A DNA stretch of 64,000 nt from Eledone cirrhosa (lineage: Eukaryota). The translations under genes and the position numbers were made by a program. How positions within the stretch are numbered: position 1 is the stretch's first letter; each line of letters starts with the position of its first letter. Location of the stretch: assembly GCA_964016885.1 (NCBI GenBank), contig OZ024740.1:329344001-329408000 (forward strand), written 5' to 3'. The notes under the pieces were generated by a model. The model searched no databases. It worked only from the letters and a program-made list of their open reading frames with translations, and was not told the origin of the DNA. Below, piece by piece: positions 12,401-25,019 of this stretch.

Positions 12401-14090
12401 CCCGGCCAGGTTTTGTTCATCTAATTTAATAGGATCTCGTTCCAGATGTTATGCATCCTTTTCCTATAGCCTTTCTTCTTGGTGTTACTCTTCAGGTAAC
12501 ATTGCATAACAGTTCTATTCAATTCTTTCGTCCCTTTCCTTCTTCTTCTTCCTCCGACACCAGCAGTATTTGGTTGACAGCCAGGTCCCCGCTGCTGAGC
12601 CAGGGACCACCTATAGGGTGAGAGTCTGTCACATGACATTCTAGTCTCCATTTCACCGTTATTCGAACTGTTTAGGTTCGACATTTAAACACTCTTATCG
12701 AGGATTGGCGAATCTATGGTTACATAACCACCGGTGAATTACTTGTCTCCGGTGGTTTCGTCACTCCACGTAACTTTTGTGTGGCATTATCACGCTGTAG
12801 ACGAGCCCAAATAAACTAACAAACAAACAAGCAGAAAAAACCCCATAATGAATAAGCATAAGTTTCATTGTAATGTAGTGTTTGAATGTCTGACTTAGTT
12901 TTTCCCTTCCCTTCTCTGTCCGTCCGTTTGTTTTTCACTTCATTTTTAATTCCTTTACGTTTTTCGTTGTTGCTGTGCTGCTTTGATTTTGATTTTTTTT
13001 TTTTATATATTGACCGGGTCATCAATTCAGTCTATTTATATATTTTGATGCCTTCCTCTTTTAGTGAGAATTCTACAATGTAGCAGGGTCTAGCGGGAGA
13101 GAATAGCGGCGGTAGTGACAATGAGGCAGCGGCGGCGGCTGCGATGCTGTGCCAGCAGCAACTAGCAGGATGTAGTGGGAGAGAATAGCGGCGGTAGCGA
13201 TAATGAGGCAGCGGCGGTGGCGATGTGGTCGTATTACTGTAGCGATGGTGTTGAAGATGGAGTAGAAATTTGAGTCGACTTGACCAGAGTTTTCATCGTG
13301 GCAGTGGTGGTGGCACTGGTGGTGAAATTATCTTTAGTGAAATTATCATTAGTCGTGTATATGTGTTGACATATTTCTTCAATATTGGAATTAAACATTT
13401 TATTAAAACTAAAACTTGATTTTCATTTTTTATTTTTTTTATTCTGACCGGTCATCAATTCAGTCTATTTATATATTTTGATGTTTTCCTCTTTTAGTGG
13501 GAATTCTACAATGTAGCAGGGGGTAGCGGGAGAGAATAGCGGCGGTAGTGATATTGAGACAGCGGTGGTGGTGGCGGTGCTGTGCTAGCAGCAACTAGCA
13601 GGAGGTAGTTGGAGAGAATAGCGGCGGTAGCGATAATGAGGTAGCGGTGGTGGTGATGTGGTCGTATTACTGTAGTGATGGTGTTGAAGTTGGAGTAGAA
13701 ATTTGAGTCGACTTGACCAGAGTTTTCATCGTGGTAGTGGTGGTGGTATTGGTGGTGAAATTATCTTTAGTGAAATTATCGTTAGTCGCGTATATGTGTT
13801 GACATATTCCCTTAATATTGGAATTAAACATTTTGTTAAAACTAAAACTTGAGGCAATATTAATAGTAATTATTATTATTATGCTGAGATTGGTGGTGGT
13901 GGTGGTGAAATTGACGTGATCTGGCTGTTGCGTTTAGTGATGGGGTAGGTGGTGTATCTAGTTTCTGATGTTGGTGAAATTGCTGTTATTTGGCTGTTCT
14001 ATATCGTGTAGACAGAGGGAGTTTTCTTCCATTTATAACCATTTTCTTTTTTGAATATAAAATGTATAATACAAAATTGAATATTTGAGC
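9473..14090 (-). mobile_element. R4/Dong-clade retrotransposon, copy 3 (near full length, internal deletion, duplicated 5' UTR)
   Basis: ORF fragments 12684->9547; about 250 bp deleted at about 10337 relative to copy 2; preceded by (TTA)n 9408-9472; 5' boundary approximate. Confidence 0.93.
13011..13852. repeat. Tandem duplication (about 430-bp unit) in Dong copy 3 5' UTR, with internal ~85-bp subrepeats
   Basis: tgaccg(g)gtcatcaattcagtctatttatatattttgatg...aaactaaaacttga occurs at about 13011-13419 and 13445-13852. The subrepeat agcagg.gtag.gggagagaatagcggcggtag occurs twice per unit and twice in copy 1 (about 5679 and 5759). Confidence 0.92.
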
Positions 14091-14165
14091 GATATAACAA
14101 TATATTATGGATCCGAATTTTTTGGGACTCAAGCCGGATGTTTTATGCAACATTTGTACTAAGAA

Positions 14166-14188
14166 TTCTTCTTCTTCTTCTTCTTCTT

Positions 14189-14253
<65 letters not shown>
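14166..14253. repeat. Compound (TTC)n(TTA)n microsatellite
   Basis: Directly visible; immediately precedes the Tx1-like LINE. Confidence 0.97.
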
Positions 14254-17200
14254 GTACGCACATGTATGATAACGCACAAGTCTGCGGGGTAAAAGGTTCA
14301 TAACTTTAAGCTGTTTTAAAGTATAATTTTTTGTATTTTCTTGTCGTTAACGAAGCATAAGGTACGCAAGTGAACAACTTCGAAAAAATCGCTTCCCCAC
14401 CAAAAAAAAAAAAAAATAAATGGAAATTTTCGACCTTGAAACGGTAAACAAAGTTCAGGTCAAAAGTTCAAAAGCAGCCACTGTAGATCTCACCACAACT
14501 ACGACTACTACAGACATGTCTGTCGACCATTCCACTGAATGTGAAGGCAAAACTCAAAACCTACCATCACAACCGCTCCCATCTGTGTTAGGAGCAGTAT
14601 CATCTGAAAACGACATCACCACCACCACTACCCCCGCCACCACCACCACAAAAACAACTCAGCGCAACAACGACAATAACACCGAAAGCTTTAATGTAAA
14701 CCCCGATGCGGTGGCAACAACAAACAAAACAACAACAACAACACCAATAACAACAGCAAGAACGACAACAACAACAACAAGAGCAACAGAGGCACCACCT
14801 TTGCTGCAGCAGCAGCAAAAACAAAGCGCTTATTGACTATTAATATTAGCGATAAAGACGGACAGTTGACCCAGGCGTGGAGGCTTCGGGAGAGCTTTCC
14901 CCAAGACGTGGGAACCCCGAATGTGAAACCCATATCGAGACTTTTAAAGGGATTCCCAAAAGAAACCCCACCAACCATGGAGGTCGAAACCACCCGACCT
15001 TCACAAGACCCCGGGGGGTAAGTAAACCTTTAGCTGGCCAACATGGTCATATTAAGAGTAGGAAGTTTAAATGTTCGCGGCCTGGGGTCACCCTGGAAGC
15101 AGGGTCGCCTGGTCAACTACCTCAGGTCGCTGGAAATGGATGTGATTGCCGTCAGCGAGACCAGAATTTCCGACACAAGCGCACTAGCCCCCATTTTCGA
15201 CGATTATAAGATCTTCGCATCTCTTAGCAAGCCGGGAATGGGAGGTGGTGTGGAAGTGCTGTTTAGGAAAGGACTGGATCTCGAGGTAAGGTCGATCTTC
15301 CGGGACCCGGACGGTAAGTTGGTAGTCTTGGATGTGAGCAGTAGTGAAGGTGGTGCCTTTAGCCTTCTGGCTGTCTACGCCCCTACAGAGGCCGGACGAC
15401 GGGACTTCTTTAGGCGCCTGGAGACCTTTCTGGGTACGTCTCACCCTTTACTGTTAGCGGGGGAGACTGGAATGGCATCTTAGACGCACGCTGGGATTGT
15501 GTGGGAGTAGCTGATAGGAACGGGGCGTGCAAAAGCATTCAAGCACCTACTCAACCAGTTCCAACTGTCTGACAGGTATCGACTAGATTTCCCCAATGCG
15601 CCAGTATGGACATGGACCAACCGAATGGGGTTGATCTAGATCGTATATAGACAGGATCTTCATTAGGAAAATAGATAGAAATAGTGTAGGCTGCCCACCT
15701 TTTAAAACGGTCGCCTATTCAGATCACAAATTTGTAATCTGTATGGTCGACTTAGATAAAACGCATACGTTGGGACCGGGTTACTGGAAGCTGAAAATAT
15801 TATTTCCGGCACGTAAAGCTTACAGGGACCGAGTCAACCATTTAGTTAAGCAAAAGTTGACAGGGGGATCATCAACAACAGATGATGGGGGGCTCTCAAA
15901 AGAGAGATTAGAGTAACTTCGATAGAGTTCAGCAAAGAACTAGCGTTAGAGAAAAATAGAAAGGAGGAGGAGCTGGTAGATAAGTTAGACGAGGCTATTT
16001 GTAGTGGAATTGCAACTGGCGTGCTAGCGGCGAGAATGGCATTAGACCATTTCTTCAGAAGCTGGTTCGCTGCAATGCACAGCGGCACACGCTCGGTGGC
16101 CAAGGTTAATGGCCACCTCTCGGAACCATTTCGGCTCTCCCGATCGGTCCGTCAAGGGTGCCCTCTCTCCTCCCTTTTGTACGTATTGACACAGGATCCT
16201 TTACTGCGGAAGCTGAAGCTGTTGCAGGGCTCCCCGCTCGAACCGGGACGTAGAAAGGCGGTGTAGGCTTATGCGGACGACATCACCGTGATGGTGTCGG
16301 ACACTTCAGAAATCGAGATGGTCGGCACCTTATTGAAGGAATATGAAAGGTTGACAGGAGTCAAACTTAACCCGGAAAAGTCAGTGGGCTTGCAGCTCGG
16401 AACCTGGAGAGGCAAGCCCATGCCGTCCAACAGCGTCGTGGGACGCTGGACAGACGGGCCGGTGAAGTTGCTCGGGGTTTGGTTCGGACCAGCCCTCCAG
16501 GTGGAAAAGAATTGGGACGAGGTAACGAGCAGAGTATCCAGTCTCACCCAGAAATGGGCTGTGAGTAAGCTATCACTGAAAGGTCGCGCGGAGGTGGCGA
16601 ATGCGTCCGTCACCTACTACCGGCTGATGGTCGTGCCTTGCCCCCGTCCGCGCCTCGTCAAGTTGGAACGGCTCCTCTTCAAATTCTTGTGGAGAGGGCA
16701 AGTTCCGTTGGTGAGGCGGTCCATCTGCTGCCAGCACCCTCTACGCGGAGAGCTGGGCATGCCGTGGCTAATGATGGGCAGACATGCGTTGAGGCTGCGA
16801 CATATCCAGATATTCTGCCTAAACGGTGAACAGATGTGATCGCCGTTTATCAGACGGGCCTTTCCGCAGCTAGTTTCTTTGACTGAGCTGCAGTCCTGAG
16901 TCAAGAAGAGACCGAGACTGGCTGACTGGCACCTGGAATGTTGCCAGGCACTCACTGCCCCCTACCAAGCGGGCAATGTGATAAATGGAACTTCCACTCT
17001 CGAGTTCTATAAAGGATTAGTGGTGGACAAGTCCGATGACGCACTCGGAGAAGTTTTGGGCCTCGACGAAGTGGGGAACTGCCGGTTCGGGATAAACTCT
17101 ACAGGCATGGAAGTGCTGTCAGACGGACCTGGCCAAGATGCGCACAGAACGACGAAACCGTTCTGCACGCACTTGTCCAATGTCCGTGCATTACTGACTT

Positions 17201-17794
17201 GTGGAGTTATGTCGAACAGCTACTGTCGCATATGGAACGAATCCGGCTATCGGCCGAGTCCATATGTCAGTAAGAGCAGACATTTTCCTCTGATTGTTGC
17301 AGTTGCGAAATAGGTTATATGGTGGACCAGATTAAAAGGACTGAAGACAAACACTTTCCTCTTCGGCTAATCCCTCAGCAACTTCTGCAAGTTTCACCTG
17401 GAAAGGAATGTGAGGGTGGAGAGAGAAGTGCTGCCCCCAGTACATTTGCTAAAAGGTGGATGAATGTGGCGAAAATGGCCCATGTGAATGGGCCTACGCT
17501 GACTATGCGTCTATAGGCTAGCTAACTTGAGGAGAGGTGTGCTCTCCCTGGGTGCCCTAGAAGCGCATGGTGCTTCAGGATTGGTGGGGTACCTGAGTCA
17601 CCCCAGGGTCGTCCACCCCTATCGGGGAATTTATTTTGTTGTATTTATGCATAGTTTATTTTATATTTTTTATATCTTCATTGTAAAATTAGTCTTACCA
17701 TTATGCACTTTTACTCGACCTTATTGTAAACTCCGCACTCTCCCTGTCTTTCTATTGTCCCCTACATATCGGCCCTTATGGCTAATAAATGAAA

Positions 17795-17796
<2 letters not shown>
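14254..17796 (+). mobile_element. L1/Tx1-clade LINE, internally deleted and decayed
   Basis: Thr-rich ORF1 start (14420). APE endonuclease at 15043 (GSLNVRGL, AVSETR, YAP, SDH at about 15720). Jump at about 16057 into RT (VRQGCPLSSLLY, AYADDI), C-terminal CPRC...ETVLHALVQC knuckle at about 17130, 3' UTR ending aataaatgaaatc(ATT)n. Confidence 0.9.
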
Positions 17797-17855
<59 letters not shown>

Positions 17856-18040
17856 CCGGTGGATTGACAGTATCGGTAGAGGGTCGGACGCCATCCTTTG
17901 TAGCAAAGAGTTACGGCCCTTTATGGTCAGAGTGAAAATCCCGCCGAGGTTAACTTTGCCATTCATCTTTACAGAGTCGATAAAATAAAGTACCAATAAT
18001 GTACTGGGTATTTGCTGGCCTTGTGCCAAAAGTAGAAACA
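17856..18040 (+). mobile_element. tRNA-derived SINE family 1
   Basis: Homologous to 6189-6375; lies in the (ATT)n tail of the Tx1 element and is followed by (ATT)/(ATC)n. Confidence 0.88.
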
Positions 18041-19370
18041 ATTATTATTATCATTATCTTCATCATCATCATCATCGATATCATCATCATCATCATTATT
18101 ATTATTAGTGCTTTTATACTGAATATGGTGTTCCTAAAGATAACATTCAGTATTTTAAAACACTATAAGGATATTATCAGCAGTAATATGACAATATGAG
18201 TAGCAACAAAGATAATTATAATGATACAAACTAGCAAAAATCACATGTCATTTAGAAAAGGATTATATCTAAGAAGCCCGGTTAAAATGTTATGATTACT
18301 CTGAAACTATATTCTAGAAAGAAAACAAACAAAACAAATATCATGTCATAAATATATGGTCTCGGAAACAAAACAAATGTCATCATTATACAGCCAATAA
18401 TCTCAAATCTAATTAAATATATGATTCCAAGAAAACCTATAACTTTCAGAAAGAGATGTTAATGACTTGAAAGAAATTAAATTAAAAAATGTTGAAAATG
18501 ATAACAAATGGGAGATAATTAAAAAAAAACATATAAAATTGAATTTAAATTATGTTTAACTTTTTGTAGAAATATTGAAATTTAAGTAATGTTTAAATGA
18601 CTTGTTGAAAACATATAAAAGAGTGAAAACGAAGCAAAAGCAGATAAAATGCAGTGAATTGATATTGTTCTCAGCACAGAAATGAAGACTAAAATCTCTA
18701 AATGTTTCGATAAAGGTTAAAACAAAGACCAATAATCATCACAATTGAAACTCAGCATTGTGTTTAAAAATATCAATAAATGAATAAAATAAATTTATAA
18801 AATATGTTTTGGAAATGAAGCAAACTCAGTGAGTATAGTATTAACAGAGTACGGTATAGTATTAACTAGTACGGTATTGAATTTATGTGGAATATAATTA
18901 ACTGCTAATAATATATATGTATATATATATATAAATATATAAATATATATTCAGGGAGAATCGTATTTCGGCTGGTAGAAAAACCGAAACGAAACGCAAA
19001 ATCGTAGAAATGCTGGCAAGCGCTCCAATAGTTAAGAAAAACTAGAGCTAAACAATATGTTAAGACGCCATACAAACTGAAAAGTGGTCAAGAAGGCATT
19101 AACCGCCAAAAAACAAGTCAAGCTAAACAGATCAAACAAAATAAATGATATAAACAGACCTGGACCCAAGTGGAATAGATGGTAAAATCCAAATGCAGGG
19201 TTTCTATGACACCTAAATCAATAATACTGTCTGCTTAAAATTATAAACTTTCAGCATAAAGATCGAGGAATATCACGTTATCAACAGGTATTTTGGTCTT
19301 TAAGCAACTTTTTAAGTGGCGCAGAAACTTGTAAAGGCACATGCGCAAATATATATATATATATGTGTGT

Positions 19371-19450
<80 letters not shown>

Positions 19451-19654
19451 ATGTTATAATGTCATAATAGTTCCTTTGTTCATTTTCATTAATATTTCTG
19501 CTTCGCTTATACGCATAGAGCTTAACTAGCTACCGTCGCATATTTGGTAGGCCAGGCGTGATCATCGCGATTCACGTACGACCTACCATACATCTTGCTT
19601 ATTTAGCTCCCTCCGGTAGAGCTTAACCTTCACTGAAAAACACACCGCTCTGGG

Positions 19655-22265
19655 GTGGCTTTTCAATACACCGACAGTATGCTGACAAAGGACCATCTTC
19701 CGTTATCACTTAAGAATATACCCATACCACCAAGGGGTACTTATGAAAAGCAGCTTATAGCCAACGTTAATTCGTTTGTAAGGAGAATAAGATGGCGCAC
19801 ATTCCACTTCGATAGGCGCCGTAGCGCCCCACTAGAGAGTCCATCGAATAATAAGTATGGATTTAGGACATTTAGGAGCCCGCCCCATAACCCTCTACTC
19901 GATAAATTTGAGAGTGACCTATTGTCTGTCGTCCGGTCTATTAGGTATAAAAGGAAAAACGGTAAGCGTAGCGGCTTCCAAACTAAGTTAGAATCACTAG
20001 TTAAATATTTTAAGGACAGAAATTGTATACTCGTACCCTCGGACAAGACTAAGAATATGTACAACCTGAGTTATGAAGAATACCGCGGATTCATATACAA
20101 TGAACCACATAAAAACTATAAAATAAACCCACTGTAGCCAACCTAAATGAGATTAACATGGAGGCTAAAGTGATAGTAACGAAGCTAGGATTAGAGAAAT
20201 GCACACAACCTTACACCCCCCGACAACCAAGGTTCACATTGAGAGATCATAAGGAGGACTTTGCAAGTAGCCCCTCTGTCAGGCTCATTAGCCCCTCTAA
20301 ATCTGACATAGGGATTATAAGTAAAAAAAATACTGGACGAAGTCATACCGAAAGTTAAGGACAGGATTAGCCTGGACCTATGGGGAAACACTGCAGAAGT
20401 GATAAAGTGGTTCTCAAGCATTAGCAACCACAAATCACTACGCTTCATCCAGTTCGATATAGACTCCTACTATACGTCTATATCCTCCATATTACTGAAT
20501 AAGGCGCTCATAATGGCAATGCGGACGGGCGGAGTCACTAGATCCAAGATTGACATAGTTCTTGCCGCTCGTAAAACAATTATCACATTTGAGGATGAAT
20601 TGTGGACGCGCAAGAACACACGTAATAACTTCGACATCACTATGGGGTCTAGTGACTCAGCACAGGTGACAGACCTCGTCGGATTGTACTTGCTCAAGGA
20701 GCTCAACGAGCAGTTCCCACACCTCAGAGGTGGGCTATACCGTGACGACGCATTACTTACTGTGGAGTTTAAACGACACAACCTAGAAAGAACTAGAAAG
20801 GACCTATATAAATTCTTTAAGAACTTTAACCTATCAATAACTATAGATAGAAATAGTAAGGTAGTCAACTTTCTACATGCCACACTAGACCTAGATAAGT
20901 TAGAATATGCACCGTACCATAAACCTAACGAGAGGCTGACATACGTCAATGCCAACTCCAACCACCCAGGCTCAGTCCTCAAAGCAATAGTTAAGGGAGT
21001 ATCTAGTAGGATTAGCGGACTATCTAGCAGCGTGACCGCATTTGAGGCAAATGCGGAGTATTACAATAAGGCGCTAGCTAGGTCAGGGCACAAAGATAAA
21101 CTCCATTATGTTGAGACAGGCGGCACCCCCCCACCACCCCAACCCAACACTGTAATCACGCATAATATGTCCATGGGGGATGGAGGGAGAGCTAGAAAGA
21201 CGAATAGCGACAATAGGAATTTAGCTAAGAACAACCAAACTAGCAATGCAGACACGGATAGGGCCCGCGCGCCTGGAAAGCGTTACGCCGCCCCAAGCAA
21301 GTCCAACAGTGAAAACGGGGGCCAGAGGTCTAGGAGATTCGAGACCAACACACATACCACTGGGAGCCCAGCAAGCACACCTGGTAGAACCCCTAATAAT
21401 CTAGATGAAGGGAGGGTAAGCAGCATAGGGGATAAGAAACGCAGTGGAAGGAATAGAAGACGTGATAGTACCTTCTTTAACCCGCCCTTCAACTCTAATA
21501 TTACTCCCCAAATATTTTTTCTCTTTAATAGATAAGAACTTCCCCCCAGGTAGTAGGTACGGTAGTGTCATCAATAAGAATACTATCAAACTATCGTACT
21601 CGACAACCCCTAATCTGGCCCCCCACCTAGCTAAGACCAATAAGAGTAAGATTAAAGAGGGACTTAAGGCCATCCGAAATAGTGAACCATACCAGTACAC
21701 ACGACAACATGGGACCGACCCACTGAGTGAAAGACCCAGGGGGATAACAGGCAGTAGAACCGGTCCCACTAGGCAGCCCCGAGACCGCTTGTAGGGACAT
21801 GCACCCCTGATTGAGGAGCATGACCCTATTAGAAAGTGTAATTGCAGACGGAAGGACAAATGCCCACTAGCTGGGGACTGCCTTATTAGGAACGTAGTAT
21901 ATGCTTGTAACGTAACCACAGACACGTATACTAAGACGTATGTGGGGTCAACCGCTAACCAGTTCAAGTCGAGATTCAACGCCCACCAGCATAGCTTCCG
22001 AATTGAGAAGCTTAAAAATACCACGTCGTTAGCGGGACACATACATAACTTAAAACAAACAAAAAACCCCTACACACTAAGCTGGAGATGCCTTACTAAA
22101 GCTCCTCCATATCGCTCGTTGAGCAGGTTTTGTAGCCTGTGCCTAACTGAATCTCATGCCATAGTATTCTCCGGACTCAACTTGCTCAACAGGAGGTGAG
22201 AAATCTTCTCGTCCTGCCCCCATACTATACTTAGCTCTTTCTTTTTCTTCAGACCAGACACCTAA
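19655..22265 (+). pseudogene. Disrupted RT-GIY-YIG ORF of PLE A
   Basis: Collinear fragments 19655-20137, 20158-20358, 20399-21535, 21444-21794 and 21795-22199 with stops and frameshifts; homologous to ORF 37513-39017. Confidence 0.88.
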
Positions 22266-24972
22266 CCCTGACTCCACCCTGTCCCGCACATGGCTGCCTC
22301 GCTGGCGAATAGGGTGCTTTTGAGTAACCCCGGCCACATTGATGCTTCGGCTCCCCGATTGCCGATGGGGACTCTGGTGAGGAACAGTCGACCCTGTGTT
22401 CCACTTGCCAACTTGTGATTGGTGGCAGCATTGTTGCTGGGCGCCCTGGGGGCAGCTGATCCCTGCGGTGTGGGACATTGCGAGTGCCTGGACCCACGTT
22501 GACTGGTCTGGGGAGGTACCGTCGGAGATGTATATCAACAAATTCGGGAATTTGCCAAAGTAGCAGAACACCCAATATGGCGGCCGCTCCCTGCCTATAA
22601 CCAATCAACCCCCCCTCCCCTAGTAAACTCCCGCCCAAATAGATGCCCCTCCCCATTCTCCCCCATTCATTTCTTTTGAGTTAGTTCTTTATTAATAGTG
22701 GTTTTTTTGAGTTAGTTCTTTATTAATAGGGATTTTTTTGTATATTACCACGGTTGACATTATTGGCTTGGAGAGTTGACTCCCTTGATGTCTGACCACT
22801 CGATAAGTTAGGGGTTGTGCCCCTTGAGCAGGGGTGTATCTAGCTGGTCTACCTGCTGTCTGCTACTACCCGAGACTGGACATGGTCGTAGCCACAGGCC
22901 AGCTCGTGCGCGATAGCATGGAATATACATTTTCTGCTAGTCACCGCATGTAATATGATACCCCAAGATTCCATGCGCGAGATTCACCGAAGCATGCGCA
23001 GACTTCACCGGGAGATGACATGCGAATTTGAAAATACCACAAGAGGGACCCTTTGGATAGCGTAGACGCCGGACCATACCCGCAAATATATACCATGATC
23101 TGTCTTGAATATGCATGGCTGACGGAATATGGATAACACGACCACCATCTAAGCTAGAACCGACCCCTACAACAAGCAAAGAGGGGACAGCCCTTAGCAC
23201 TTGACTTGTCGCGTCTGTGCTTGGAGTTCGTGAGAGGAGGGGATATTAGCGAGAGACGCAATATACCACCCCAGTCAAGTCCATGCTGGACTTTTTTTAC
23301 CAATATATCATGTACACCAATACATCCTATACAGCGAGACCTTGGATTTAGAACCGGCAGGCTGATCTATCGCAAACGCGTGCACTTCCCGAAACTAAAA
23401 GATCGAACGGACCACACCCTGCGACCACTAGCTATTTGATCCACAGTTACATTGCCCAGAGAGTCCACACAGCTGATAGTGAATCCCAGTTGATTCGTGA
23501 ACTCTGAACTTTTAAACAAGACCAACTGTGCCTGGAGCTATGCAGATGACTACATGCGCACAATGGATTTCGTACCGACAAGGTCACCTGTATTGTTCAT
23601 CTTGCTGTATGTGTGTAAAGTATCCGTGCGTGGGATATCCCAGAGTGAATTTACATGACTATTAATTGTTTATTGATTGTTTGTTAATTGGGCAGGAATA
23701 TACCATTATGTCTTTGTTAATCCTATATTAATAATTTTATAATAATTTGTTGATAGTACATTATTAGATTACTGAAGCTACCTTATACCTTCTTAAAAAT
23801 ACATTTTATAATTATTGTCTTTTTGCTTATATATTTTCTTACTTATCATTTTCTTTAATCTTGCCCAACTTGATAATCTCTTTGAATTGCTCCCTAATTA
23901 GATTACTTAAATTACTTAAATTACTTTATCTATTATACGTAAGTTGTATCTGTTGAAGCAGCCCTTTGAAAATCCCTCGGATCTCCCAAATCCCGTAATT
24001 TTTAACTTTTAATTTGTAATTTTCCTCAATTCATTTATATATATCTTTAAAGGTTCTCTAAAATTTTAATTCTTTGAAGGGTCTTTCGGAAGAGGTTCTT
24101 ATTAAACATATTAAAGGGGCCTCTTCTGAGGGATTTTTTGAAGGCTTTTTGTATTAACCTTTAATTGATTAGTTTCTTTCAACTATTTATTTCTTAATTT
24201 TTAAAATTAAATTTAATGTTTAATCCCTTAATCGTTAATTTTTAACCATGGATATATAAGATTGCTTAATCTTAAATTCATTAATATTTTTAATTTCGGG
24301 GTTTGGAACTCTTAAAATTCAAATCCTAACTTAAATCTTAATATTTATATTATGTACTCCCTAAATCATTAACTTTATTAACCTGATAAATCTTATTGAA
24401 AGTTCTTTTCCCTAATTTTTAATTTTTAATTTTTAATTTCTGAGTTTAGAACTTTAGTAGGGATTATCATAACTTCGTAAATTTTCGAAAAATTTTTAAC
24501 GAGATATCTTATAAAAAAATTTTTTCTTTTGAAGGAATTTTTTAGGAAAATTTATATTATTATTTTTTTATTTATTTTTTTTTAAATTTTTTTAAATTTA
24601 TTTTTCTTTTTTTTCTTTTAGTCTCTTACTCTCTTCTGGTTTGTTAGGTTTATTGGGGCTTATAAGCTTTATGCACTTATTGAGGGATTTTTTAAAGTGC
24701 TTCTACGAGATCCCAAGTCTTTTACTTTTAATGCGTAACTTATAAATTCTCTAATGTTTAACCTTCAATCCCTAACTCTTAGGCCCTTTTCAAATTCTCT
24801 TAACTCCCTATAACCCATCCCTTTTACAACTCCTACAACTAATATAAAAGAGTCCCCCTAGAATATAGACCCCAAATATACAAGCGGAGCTGTTGATGTA
24901 TACCACAATTTCAAACTGCTAATCTTGAGTGAAACGTTGATGTAAATAATGAACTTACAATCACCTGTTATA

Positions 24973-25019
24973 TGCCTTGAAAAGACCCACCATATGGTCG
25001 GACAAAACGGCTGTCGGCA
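24973..25019 (+). ncRNA. Minimal type I hammerhead ribozyme, U3:A8 core, degenerate (GAAA->AAAA)
   Basis: tgcc-TTGAAAA-stem II (gacccaccatatggtcggac)-AAAA-c ggct GTC-ggca, located at the 3' end of PLE A. Confidence 0.6.

Noticed and set aside
2061-12509. Recurrent + strand ORFs (e.g. MVTSLPLIRS..., 147-149 aa) in all three Dong copies
   Set aside because: Antisense shadows of the RT frame; they recur because the elements are homologous.
18200-19350. A-rich stretch resembling an ancient L1 ORF2 remnant
   Set aside because: No intact diagnostic motif; only compositional resemblance.
22197-22199. In-frame TGA in LLNRR*EIFSSCPH as possible selenocysteine (some Naiad PLEs encode selenoproteins)
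   Set aside because: It aligns to a non-Cys position (D in PLE B), the copy has other stops and frameshifts, and no convincing SECIS was seen downstream.
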